Shown here piece after piece: positions 18,095-26,751 of a stretch of 64,000 nucleotides of DNA; the first letter of the stretch is position 1; each line of letters starts with the position of its first letter. Location of the stretch: positions 5,667-69,666 of the forward strand of contig CAYOFQ010000002.1 of assembly GCA_964403585.1 (NCBI GenBank), in the 5' to 3' direction. This DNA comes from an uncultured Gammaproteobacteria bacterium. Its GTDB lineage: Bacteria; Patescibacteriota; Microgenomatia; JALYQM01. The notes beneath the pieces were generated by a model that was not told where the DNA came from, did not search any database, and worked only from the letters and a program-made list of their open reading frames with translations. The translations under genes and the position numbers were made by a program.

Positions 18095-18404
18095 TATTTT
18101 TCCCTTTCTTAGCTAAGACTGCTTGCAGCGAAAGTGCTACCGCTTTGTCTTAAAAGACCCTTAATACATTCGAATTTAATCAAATGCATAAAGGGTCTTT
18201 CATTACTAAGAAAGAAGATAAACTACATATTTTGAGGAAGATATAAGCTAAAAAGCTAATCCTCGTGTTGTAAAAGAACACTTATGAGCTCAATTGAGCT
18301 CAATCTTAATTACATTCATAAGTTCAATTTGAGCTTAGAGTATAACTAAGATATGTTTATTATATCACAAAATAGGGAAAAAGTAAATTACTATAGGTTA
18401 TTTG
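18095..18404 (-). promoter_or_regulatory. Promoter-leader module copy L5 (CCTATAGTA box, TATAAT, perfect GAGCTCAATTGAGCTC palindrome, TTTTACAACACGAGG box, structured 3' leader)
   Basis: Minus strand reads aaCCTATAGTAatTTACTT...gaTATAAT, then a leader with the 16-bp perfect palindrome at 18286-18301 and two strong hairpins before the RBS. It begins 1 nt after the tRNA 3' end. Confidence 0.45.
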
Positions 18405-18681
18405 CTCCCCGACTAGGATTCGAACCTAGAACCTTCTCGTTACATGAACCCCACAAGTTTCCTAGTGGCATGGACTATCTCATCACCATACTTAAAAAGC
18501 ACAGGTGTCAGGCGTATAGTCTCTGAACCTTCAATACGCAAGAAGCGTAAAGCTTGGCTGCGGATTACCATAATCTTTCGATCGTAGGCTTCCCGACAGT
18601 TAACCCAATTTTCACTTCAGGATTTCTCCAGAAGGCTGCATCAATCTACAGCGAGCCGCTCTACCGTTGAGCTATCAGGGA
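18405..18681 (-). tRNA. tRNA-Asn(GUU) interrupted by a group I intron (exons 18648-18681 and 18405-18442)
   Basis: 5' half UCCCUGA-UA-GCUCAACGGUAGAGC-G-GCUCG-CUGU. 3' half UAACGAGA-AGGUU-CUAGGUUCGAAUCCUAG-UCGGGGA-G. The acceptor stems pair (UCCCUGA/UCGGGGA). Spliced anticodon loop is CUGUUAA, class I variable loop, discriminator G73, no encoded CCA. Confidence 0.65.
18443..18647 (-). ncRNA. Group I intron (IC3-like, Azoarcus/cyanobacterial tRNA-intron type), 205 nt, no ORF
   Basis: 5' exon ends in U. IGS GCAG pairs with the exon CUGU. P2 is CUUC-U-GGA-GAAA-UCC-U-GAAG. The core shows extended identity to the Azoarcus pre-tRNA-Ile intron as recalled from memory (UAUGGUAAUCCGCAGCCAAGCUU...UUGAAGGUUCAGAGACUAUACGCC...CACCU). 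The intron ends with omega-G (CAUG|UAACGAG). Confidence 0.65.
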
Positions 18682-18684
18682 ATA

Positions 18685-19401
18685 TTAACTTTTACCGTGC
18701 TTTAAGCACGATGCATCCTGAATTCTATCACCAAAAACAGCAGAAATCCACCCCATAATTTGACGCTGTATATCTGAGCAACTGAACCTAATAGAAAACA
18801 CTCCATAAGAGTGTATATTTTTTCTAATTTTCTGTGAATCAATCTTATTTTTTACTATATAAGTTTTATGGAATTTAGCCTTAGAAATACCCGTTAGTTG
18901 AGACCAAAATTCCCTTGCAGCTTCTATATCTAAACCTTCATGAATCCAAAGTGCACCTCTAAATCTATCTTCAGGGACCTTCGCAAATTGCCGTAACCAG
19001 CCCATCATAAACTCGATTATCCGAGGATCAGAATTTGCGATACCTCCCTTCCCATCGGCTTTATCACCTTCACCCAAATAAATAGCGATACCTGCCAACA
19101 ACCTGTCCCTTTCAGAAATCGCACCTAGTTCATTTTTTGCATGTAAAAATATTTGCTGAGTTTTATTAATTCTGTAGGAACGTTTATTTTCAGCTGCAGC
19201 AAGAGAACCCTTTTTTTGACCGTTAATTTTTGTAGTAATAAGCCGGTTTCTCTGTTCATCAGTTAATACTATATCCCTACACCAACGACTTAATGTGTCT
19301 TTAGAAACTTTAACCTGTAATAAAATCTCATTATAAGAAAGACCTTTACTTCTTAATTTCTGAGCAATAATTCGTTCTTCCAATTTCCCTGAATAACCCA
19401 T
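18685..19401 (-). CDS. HTH-domain protein, possible LAGLIDADG-like endonuclease fold (uncertain)
   Basis: 238 aa. N-terminal HTH (RSKGLSYNEILLQVKVSKDTLSRWCRDI). Segment ERDRLLAGIAIYLGEGDKADGKG loosely resembles a LAGLIDADG motif. It ends 4 nt before the intron-containing tRNA. Confidence 0.3.
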   Translation of the reverse strand: MGYSGKLEERIIAQKLRSKGLSYNEILLQVKVSKDTLSRWCRDIVLTDEQRNRLITTKINGQKKGSLAAAENKRSYRINKTQQIFLHAKNELGAISERDRLLAGIAIYLGEGDKADGKGGIANSDPRIIEFMMGWLRQFAKVPEDRFRGALWIHEGLDIEAAREFWSQLTGISKAKFHKTYIVKNKIDSQKIRKNIHSYGVFSIRFSCSDIQRQIMGWISAVFGDRIQDASCLKHGKS

Positions 19402-19504
19402 GTCTATTTTATAAGATACGAAACAAGGATATACAAGTATATATTTCTAGATCCACTATTTGATAATTGCATCTAAATCCTAATTATTGCTAAAGTAAAA
19501 GAAG

Positions 19505-20206
19505 ATGAAAAACTCTTTTAATGTCAAATTTGCGCTAACCGCCATCGCAGTGGCTTTAATCCTCACCGGATTGGTTTTCACCGAAGTACTCCAGAGCAAT
19601 GCTAAAAAAGAATACCTCCGTAAAGCCGAAATTCAGCGCAAACTCGAAGACACCGCCCCCGCTCTTCTCCAGAAAGGCATCGATAAAATCCTCGGCGCTC
19701 AAGAGTTGAGCTTTTCAATGACCGAAACCTTCAGTGCTTTTGGCTGCGAATATACCACCATTTATGAAGGCCGGATTAAGGATGGCGAACAATACGCCAA
19801 AAATAACGTCAAATACGATAATAACGCCGTATTAAAAGATATCTGTCCCACTCAGTATAACGAAGTTATGTCCAATCTGTCAGGCGAACACTATTGGAAC
19901 ACCGCCAGTGATTCATACGAATATTCACCCGTCGACCAGCCAACCGAGTACCGCCAGCAGTTCTTCCGGGAAAATGTCGTCAACGCCAGTATTCAGGAAG
20001 TCTATGAAAACCCCACCAATATCCTGATGCGTACCAAATATACCAAAGACGACCAGGTCACCACGTACACCATAACTATAAACAAGCAAACCGAATCAAT
20101 TCAGAAAATTACCTTTACCCGCTCGGGCGATTCATCGCTCACCTCGGATACCGGTGACATCATCTTCATCTACGATGTCGACGAAGTTGCCCCGGCCCGG
20201 GGATAA
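19505..20206 (+). CDS. Hypothetical membrane-anchored protein
   Basis: 233 aa with an N-terminal TM anchor (ALTAIAVALILTGLVF). No recognised domain. Confidence 0.5.
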   Translation: MKNSFNVKFALTAIAVALILTGLVFTEVLQSNAKKEYLRKAEIQRKLEDTAPALLQKGIDKILGAQELSFSMTETFSAFGCEYTTIYEGRIKDGEQYAKNNVKYDNNAVLKDICPTQYNEVMSNLSGEHYWNTASDSYEYSPVDQPTEYRQQFFRENVVNASIQEVYENPTNILMRTKYTKDDQVTTYTITINKQTESIQKITFTRSGDSSLTSDTGDIIFIYDVDEVAPARG

Positions 20207-20524
20207 TTAACTGTTCTTAATTTTTTCTTCAATGTGATCCATTGTTTGTAAAAAAGCTTTTTCGATATCAATGTTGTAGCGCTTTGAAAGCACCAACACA
20301 CACCACAAACAATCTGCCAGCTCATGGGCCAATCGCTCATCTATATTTTCAAGTTTACGCACACCCTCTTTCGCCATGATTACTTCCATTAATTCACCAA
20401 TATCCGCCACAAACCCTTCCATAATATTGAGGTTAGTCCACGGAGTCCCCGACCGTTTTAACTCCAACTCCGAATACTTCTCCCGAATCTCAATCGCCCG
20501 CGCAGCTAAATCTTTAATGTCCAT
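20207..20524 (-). CDS. MazG-like nucleotide pyrophosphohydrolase
   Basis: 105 aa. EGFVADIGELMEV and ELADCLWCVLVLS match the MazG/YpjD EExxE/D motifs. SD AGGAGG 4 nt before the ATG. Confidence 0.65.
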   Translation of the reverse strand: MDIKDLAARAIEIREKYSELELKRSGTPWTNLNIMEGFVADIGELMEVIMAKEGVRKLENIDERLAHELADCLWCVLVLSKRYNIDIEKAFLQTMDHIEEKIKNS

Positions 20525-20625
20525 ATGCCTCCTATAAAAAATGAGAGCTATCTGCTAGATAACTCTCATTGTACTACGCTATAGAATGTTCAGTCTCCTG
20601 GAAATATTTTCCTGAGCTTAGGTTA

Positions 20626-20711
20626 TTCAGCGACATTCTTTGCCATACCTTAGCGGCAAAGCATAGGTTTAAAGGCTGAGACAAAGTCGAAGCGTTAACC
20701 GTGTCGCTGAA
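20626..20711. repeat. Conserved structured intergenic element, copy X1 (10-bp outer inverted repeat TTCAGCGACA/TGTCGCTGAA, inner hairpin CTTTGCCataccttagcGGCAAAG)
   Basis: Homologous to 63721-63833, sharing TTCTyTGCCATACCTT...GGCArAGCA.AG.TTTAAA.GC...cGTGTCG. It lies between the rpoD stop and the mazG-like start. Confidence 0.5.
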
Positions 20712-20732
20712 TACCCAAGCGAAGGGAAGAAC

Positions 20733-21872
20733 TTAATCTATATAATCTTTCAATTTTTTAGATCGGCTCGGATGACGCAACTTCCGCAGCGCCTTCGCCT
20801 CAATCTGACGAATACGTTCTCGAGTCACACCAAATTCCTTTCCAACCTCTTCCAGCGTTCGGGATTTACCGTCAATCAACCCAAACCGCATCTCAATAAT
20901 CTTGCGCTCACGATCAGTTAACGTAGATAAGACTTCCCAAATATGTTCACGCAATAAACCATGTGCAGCTTCGTCTTCCGGCAACGGCTCGTTGGCTTGC
21001 ACGAAATCTCCCAGGAAGCTGTCCTCATCCTCTCCAACCGGTTTTTCCAGAGAAGCCGGCTCTTGAGACACCTTAATAATCTCACGGGCCTTCTCGGGCT
21101 CTATACCCATTACTTTGGCCACTTCCTCTGGCGTTGGCTCACGACCCAGGTCCTGCATCATCTTACGTGATGTACGAACAAACCGGTTGATCGTTTCCAC
21201 CATATGCACCGGAATACGAATAACACGAGCCTGGTCAGCAATCGCACGGGTAATCGCCTGACGAATCCACCACGTCGCATACGTAGAGAATTTGTATCCG
21301 CGTCGCCAGTCATATTTTTCAACCGCACGAGCCAAACCAATATTTCCCTCCTGAACCAAATCCATCAAACTCATACCACGACCAACATATTTTTTGGCAA
21401 TTGAAACTACCAAGCGTAAGTTAGCTTCAACCAGTCGGTCATATGCTCGCTTATCTCCCTTTTCCACTTTCTTCGCCAAATCAATTTCCTGTTCAAAAGA
21501 CAACAGCGGAATGCGTCCGATCTCACGCAGGTACATACGTACCGGATCGGTTACAAAACCCTCATCAACCGTTGAAAGCACTTCCAGTTCTTTCTCAAGT
21601 TCCGAAGTACTCTTAACCGTATCTCCAGCCACTTCACTGGAAGTCTCAAACACATCAATCGACTCGGTGAGTAACTTGAGATACAAATTATCTAAGTCTT
21701 CTATGAAATATTCAGGCTGAGTATAGATTTCGAGAATATCATCCTGAGTAACAAAACCTTGCTTTTTACCTTTTTCAAGTAACTTCTTAATCATTCCGTT
21801 AACCACTTTAGGGTTAAGCACGGGAACGTCTTTGGTAACCTCGGCAGCAGGTGCTGCAGCAGTACTAGACAT
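20733..21872 (-). CDS. rpoD: RNA polymerase sigma factor RpoD/SigA
   Basis: Regions 2-4 are present ([61 protein letters not shown]). The track ORF is extended to 21938. The likely start is MSSTAAAP at 21872, with AAGGAG 7 nt upstream. Confidence 0.9.
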   Translation of the reverse strand: MSSTAAAPAAEVTKDVPVLNPKVVNGMIKKLLEKGKKQGFVTQDDILEIYTQPEYFIEDLDNLYLKLLTESIDVFETSSEVAGDTVKSTSELEKELEVLSTVDEGFVTDPVRMYLREIGRIPLLSFEQEIDLAKKVEKGDKRAYDRLVEANLRLVVSIAKKYVGRGMSLMDLVQEGNIGLARAVEKYDWRRGYKFSTYATWWIRQAITRAIADQARVIRIPVHMVETINRFVRTSRKMMQDLGREPTPEEVAKVMGIEPEKAREIIKVSQEPASLEKPVGEDEDSFLGDFVQANEPLPEDEAAHGLLREHIWEVLSTLTDRERKIIEMRFGLIDGKSRTLEEVGKEFGVTRERIRQIEAKALRKLRHPSRSKKLKDYID

Positions 21873-21946
21873 GCAATACTCCTTCTTTCGGTATCCCCAG
21901 AGAAAAAAGACAAAAAAATGAATTCTCCAGGAATCCAATCACTAAA

Positions 21947-23866
21947 TTACAGCTTTTGCAATTTGCTCAAGCGTACAACAAGCATATCAACTTGCTGTTG
22001 TAAATGCGATATCTCGTCAGCCGTTCCTGAAAGCTCATTTTGCTTGATCTCAAGCGAAAGTACGCGCATTTGCTCGCGGATCATCATTTCTTTCAGGTTT
22101 TTAATAGTCAGGAACAATTCGCTACGCAACGCTTCGTCGCCTTCGGGCTCAATATCAATCAGGAAAATTTCATCAATGATTGGAATAATATCGCTCGTAG
22201 CACCTGCTATAAAATCCTGTACAAAACTCTCGGGATTAGCTATAAAGAAATCGACAAAATGAGTATACACCTCTTTGACCTTTTTGTCATCTATATCCTC
22301 TATCTTCAGCTTTTTCTCAATCCCCTGGACCGGCAGATGCAGGCGCATCAAAAGGGAGATAAAGTACCACTCCATCCGACCTTTTTTTGCCTGGTAGTCC
22401 ACTGCATACCGGTCAACCTCTTTCTGCTTCGCCCGGTTGGACAATTCTTCCAAACTGACAGTTTTAGGAAGCACCGGCCTGGTGGCCTTCGACTGTAGAA
22501 CCACCTTAGCAGAGTCCTTAACTTTCCCTGAATCACCAACTGATACACTTTGTCCTAGTTTAATCAACTCTACCTCTGAAATACCTAAATGAGTACTCAA
22601 TTTCTGGAGATAATGCGACCGTATAATCATATCCTTAATTCGCGAAAGCTGAGGCATTACCTCCCGTATGAAGTCACGCTTACCCACCGCATCCTTCACA
22701 TCGTACCGCTTCATGCCGCTTTGAATTATATAGTCGTAATACGGAACAGCCTGCTCCACTGCATCAATCCAGTTTTGAACTCCCTTACGGATGCATTCAT
22801 CCGGATCCTTACCGTTTTTTATTTGTATAACTTTTATCTCCATTCCCTTCTCTTCAGCCAAATAGATAGCCTTTCTCATTGCCATGTCCCCAGCCTTGTC
22901 CGCATCAAAACACAACAGCAAACGATTACATAATTTCCCCAGCATGGTAATCTGCTCTTCCGTTAAAGCTGACCCTTTTACTGCACACACATTCTTTACA
23001 CCGACACGGAAAGAAGACAGCATATCCATTTCACCTTCCACCAAAATAGCCTCACCTTTACGTCGGATAAACTCCTTCGCCTGGTAAAAGCCAAATAGAA
23101 ACTCCCGCTTATGGAAAATAGCTGTCTCCGCCGAGTTAATATATTTGGCAGTCTTATCCGTACCCAACACACGCCCGGCAAAACCTACTACCTGACCTGC
23201 TTTATCAAACAAAGGGAACATCACCCGTCCACGAAACATATCATAAAATCCGATACCTTTATCACTCTTAACACCCAATCCACCGGCAATAATTTCTTCT
23301 ATTGTAAAACCCTTCTTAAGTAAAAAATTTCCCAAACCATCCCAGCTCTTTGCCGAATACCCCAGCTGAAACAGCTCCGCCACATCATTCTTATCGGCCT
23401 TACCAGCCACAGGAATACTCTCACCAACCACCACACCCCGCTTCTCCAAATAATCCCGGGCTTCCTGCCCAACTTCATGCTTCACCAGCAAAAAATGATA
23501 GTACGCTACTGCCGCATCATGCATTTCATACAAACGTTCCCGTAAATCATTCTCCTGCCGGGACTGTTTACTCTCGATCTTCTGTATCTCTACTCCGGCT
23601 TCATCTGCCAATACTTTTACCGCTTCCGGAAACGTTAGTCCATCATGTTGCATCACAAAAGTGAACAAATCTCCGGATACTCCGCATCCGAAACATTTAA
23701 ATATCTGTCTATCAGGTGAAACATTGAATGAAGGAGAATTCTCTCCATGAAAGGGACACAAACCGGTAAAGTTTCGCCCTGCTTTTTTAAGTTGTATACT
23801 GCGCCCAATATAGTCAACAATATCTATCTTGTCTTTTATCTGTCGGATCTCGGTCTCGCTTGCCAT
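21947..23866 (-). CDS. dnaG: DNA primase DnaG
   Basis: 639 aa. Zinc-binding CPFHGENSPSFNVSPDRQIFKCFGCGVSGD, Toprim EGEMDMLS...DAD, and dnaG-rpoD operon order. TATAAT-like TAATAT 6 nt before the ATG. Confidence 0.9.
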   Translation of the reverse strand: MASETEIRQIKDKIDIVDYIGRSIQLKKAGRNFTGLCPFHGENSPSFNVSPDRQIFKCFGCGVSGDLFTFVMQHDGLTFPEAVKVLADEAGVEIQKIESKQSRQENDLRERLYEMHDAAVAYYHFLLVKHEVGQEARDYLEKRGVVVGESIPVAGKADKNDVAELFQLGYSAKSWDGLGNFLLKKGFTIEEIIAGGLGVKSDKGIGFYDMFRGRVMFPLFDKAGQVVGFAGRVLGTDKTAKYINSAETAIFHKREFLFGFYQAKEFIRRKGEAILVEGEMDMLSSFRVGVKNVCAVKGSALTEEQITMLGKLCNRLLLCFDADKAGDMAMRKAIYLAEEKGMEIKVIQIKNGKDPDECIRKGVQNWIDAVEQAVPYYDYIIQSGMKRYDVKDAVGKRDFIREVMPQLSRIKDMIIRSHYLQKLSTHLGISEVELIKLGQSVSVGDSGKVKDSAKVVLQSKATRPVLPKTVSLEELSNRAKQKEVDRYAVDYQAKKGRMEWYFISLLMRLHLPVQGIEKKLKIEDIDDKKVKEVYTHFVDFFIANPESFVQDFIAGATSDIIPIIDEIFLIDIEPEGDEALRSELFLTIKNLKEMMIREQMRVLSLEIKQNELSGTADEISHLQQQVDMLVVRLSKLQKL

Positions 23867-23904
23867 ACCCCAATATTACCAGAAAACAGTTAACACAAAA
23901 ATAT

Positions 23905-24268
23905 CCTATAGTATTTGACTATTGGATATTTAGGAGTATAATAGATAGTGCCTCCAAAAGGCTATTTACCTCAACTGAGGTAGACAAGCTCAAAAGAGGC
24001 GCGAGCTCAAGCTCAACTTGAGTTCACAGTACTTTAACAAGAGAACATGCAAAATAAGCTAAAACACTTCCCCAACCCGGTAACCTACAGGATTTTGAGC
24101 TCAATTGAGCTAGATTGAACTCAGTATCCTGTAGTTTGCTCGGGTAATCAAGGAGGTGTAAACACCTACCCGAAAGTGACAAATCGTCACCGCAAATTGC
24201 AATCGAGGTCGTATGCCTCAGGATGACTTATTCAGTAGTAGCCGTTTTAAAACAACAAGGACAACACA
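23905..24268 (+). promoter_or_regulatory. Promoter-leader module copy L1 (CCTATAGTA-TTGACT-N16-TATAAT, about 320-nt leader)
   Basis: Box 23905-23913, -35 at 23915-23920, -10 at 23937-23942. The leader has hairpin GCCTccaaaAGGC, stem CUCAAGcucaaCUUGAG, the TTTAACAAGAGAAC box (~24013-24026) and GAGCTCAATTGAGCTa (24097-24112). RBS AAGGA before the ATG. Confidence 0.5.
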
Positions 24269-24958
24269 ATGCCAACCCAACTCCGCTACCTGCTCGCCGC
24301 CATCTTGCTCGCGCTCGTCGTCGTTCTGCCCGCGGCTGCACAACCCTCAACACCCCCCGCAAACCCAGAGCCGACCACGATCGAGCTGAAACCGGCCTCG
24401 AAGACCATCACCGTAACCGTTCCCGCCAACGCAACGTTCGAGCAACGCCATGCCCTTATTAAGGCTGCCGCGCCTCAGAACGAGCTCGTTCGGATCCACC
24501 TCGTGATCGACAAGACGCTGGCTCCCAAGCCCGCCATCACGACCGCCGAGGCCAACCCGATCGCTGCATCCCACGCTGTCAGCTACACTATGCAGTGGAA
24601 CCGGCCGGTGTTCAACAACTACAGCAGTGCTACGCCTGAAGACTTGTCGCCCACGCTCACGTTCAATGTGTACACCGATACCGTAGGGCTCTCGCTCTAC
24701 AGCTGGATCAACTACAAGAACATCGAGCGCGGGGAGAGTGAATTTTACGTCGATTTCGACTTCGTTAACGTCACTGTCACCGGATCCGGCTCAATCCAGC
24801 TACATCTACCCACATATACCCCCAAGGCAGGATATGAGCAGGACGCTCAGTTCAATGCGTATCTCGGCGAGTACACCACTAACGGCTGGCTGAAGCAATC
24901 AACCATCCACTTCTACTCGCACGTCAAGCACATTTACTCGCCCGTCGCCCTTAGTTAG
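24269..24958 (+). CDS. Secreted hypothetical protein (GC-rich, about 60% GC)
   Basis: 229 aa. Signal peptide MPTQLRYLLAAILLALVVVLPAAA. Its composition is strongly atypical for this genome. Confidence 0.6.
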   Translation: MPTQLRYLLAAILLALVVVLPAAAQPSTPPANPEPTTIELKPASKTITVTVPANATFEQRHALIKAAAPQNELVRIHLVIDKTLAPKPAITTAEANPIAASHAVSYTMQWNRPVFNNYSSATPEDLSPTLTFNVYTDTVGLSLYSWINYKNIERGESEFYVDFDFVNVTVTGSGSIQLHLPTYTPKAGYEQDAQFNAYLGEYTTNGWLKQSTIHFYSHVKHIYSPVALS

Positions 24959-24977
24959 CAGCTTATCCGAGGCAGTT

Positions 24978-25006
24978 GAGCCACGCACACACGCTTACGC
25001 GTGGCT
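24978..25006 (+). terminator. GC-rich hairpin GAGCCACGC-N11-GCGTGGCTC (terminator-like, no T-run)
   Basis: Perfect 9-bp stem 20 nt after the stop of 24269-24958. Confidence 0.4.
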
Positions 25007-25180
25007 CAGCTCCTCGCAGGAGAAACCAAATGGAGTTTACTAAGCCCTTGAGTCTTGAACTCATTCGTAGCGTATTTCCCTATTTAGCCTCAACCTGTAC
25101 ATGTTCTCTTGTCCCATTTTAACCTCAAATAAGCTCAAATCTTATCCAAGCTCAATTTTAGCCTAAATATAACGAAATAA

Positions 25181-25671
25181 TAACCTATAGTATTGACATA
25201 TAGGACAAAATATGGTAATATACAAGATGCCTCACCGAGGCTACCAGTTCAAATAGAACCGTCTAGACTCAGTTGAGGCTAGGAAGAGAGCGCAAGCTCA
25301 ACTTCCGCACCTTAACAAGAGTGCTTAGCAACAAGTCAGAGTTACACGCTCGGCTAGCACAAATGAGCTCACGCTCATCCGCTATCCAATGGGCAACTAC
25401 CTCTGAAATAGCAACATTTTTTGAAACCAAATCCTCTTTCTCCCATTACAGCGGAATTCTGGACCTCATAATTGAGATTCGGTATTCCGCTGCAATGAAG
25501 ATTGAGTAAACTCCTTAGTTTGGAGAGCTCCTTGAACGCAAGTTCAAGAACTTCGTTATAGATCCAGCGGCCCGAGACCCTTCTCAACGACGCAAGTCGA
25601 AAAGATATAGGTCATATTTCCGCGCGGACTTTTCGACAAGTTTACAAGCAACCGAACAAGGAGCAAACACA
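25181..25671 (+). promoter_or_regulatory. Promoter-leader module copy L2 (CCTATAGTA-TTGACA-N17-TGgTAATAT, about 445-nt leader)
   Basis: -35 at 25193-25198 and extended -10 at 25213-25221. The leader has hairpin GCCTCaccGAGGC, GAGCGCAAGCTCAACTT and the CCTTAACAAGAGTGC box (~25300-25314). Confidence 0.5.
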
Positions 25672-26514
25672 ATGGAAACCCTCAACCGCAACCGCACCAA
25701 GCTCATCATCGCCGCCATCGCCATCATTTTCGCCATCTCTGCGCTTCCGCTGGCTGACTATTACTTCGGTACCAAGGTCACACCAATGACCAGCTACCAG
25801 CAGCCGACCGCCGCCCCGACCGCGGCCGCCCAGCCGACTAACGATCCCGTTGGTACCCCCAGCGAGAACGACCACAGCCTGCTGAAGGTGGCCTTCGACG
25901 ACGAGCCGATCACCGTGATCACCCCGACCGAGACCATCTCCTACGAGTTGGATCTCCTCCGGCTCTTCAACTACCAGCACGGTGACGTGTTCACAGGCAA
26001 TGATGACATCAGCGTTTCAATGGAAACTTTGGACGGCGACCCTGCCACAACAATCGTGTTCGACACCAGCTCAGACCAGCTCGGCGCCACCGACCTCGAC
26101 AAGCACACCACCACCTTCGGCAAAGGCCTCGCCATCAACAAGAGCGACCACTCGATCCACGCTGACGGCGGTGCTGTGATCACCTTCACCCTGACGACCT
26201 CGACCTTCGTGTCTGACGTTCAGGTTGTCGACCTGGATCGCGGCGCTATGCGAGTTGTTGGCCTAGATGAGAAAGGCAATGAAGTTTTCCGGCAGAGCAT
26301 GAGCCCCGACGCTCAGTTGATCAAGACGATGGCTGTCAACACGACGGTCAAAACGCTGATCATCCGGGTCAAGGACAGCTTTGTGTTGTTGCCACACTTC
26401 CGTGCCTTCTCCTCCGGCGAGCTGCGCGCCTTCTGGCTGCCGAAAACCCTCGGTGAGTGCACCAGCACCGCCGAAGAGGCCGCGCAATACCCCGATAAGC
26501 CGAGCTGCAACTAG
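25672..26514 (+). CDS. Membrane-anchored hypothetical protein (GC-rich)
   Basis: 280 aa. N-terminal TM LIIAAIAIIFAISALPLA, then a Pro/Ala/Thr linker and a beta-rich domain. About 60% GC. Confidence 0.55.
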   Translation: METLNRNRTKLIIAAIAIIFAISALPLADYYFGTKVTPMTSYQQPTAAPTAAAQPTNDPVGTPSENDHSLLKVAFDDEPITVITPTETISYELDLLRLFNYQHGDVFTGNDDISVSMETLDGDPATTIVFDTSSDQLGATDLDKHTTTFGKGLAINKSDHSIHADGGAVITFTLTTSTFVSDVQVVDLDRGAMRVVGLDEKGNEVFRQSMSPDAQLIKTMAVNTTVKTLIIRVKDSFVLLPHFRAFSSGELRAFWLPKTLGECTSTAEEAAQYPDKPSCN

Positions 26515-26751
26515 CAGTTCACTCGCCCTTCGGACTAACCGCCGCCAAGATGGAGCACGCGCTCACCACCACGCCGAGTGCGTGTTCCATCTACAATTGA
26601 TTTCAAAATGTTACGAAAAAATAGAAAGGAAGAAAGACAATGAAGAATCTAAAGCGTTTTAGCTTTACCATTTTTCCCCCGTCCGCCCGAATTTTCTAGC
26701 TATCTGCACTCTTGTTACCGATTTTACTTATCCCCAATTAACGTATATTTA

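Noticed and set aside
18405-18681. Reading the interrupted tRNA as tRNA-Tyr(GUA)
   Set aside because: Placing the splice site after A36 gives a 6- or 8-nt anticodon loop. The tRNA also has a short (class I) variable loop, whereas bacterial tRNA-Tyr is class II. Splicing after U35 gives the canonical Asn loop CUGUUAA and G73.
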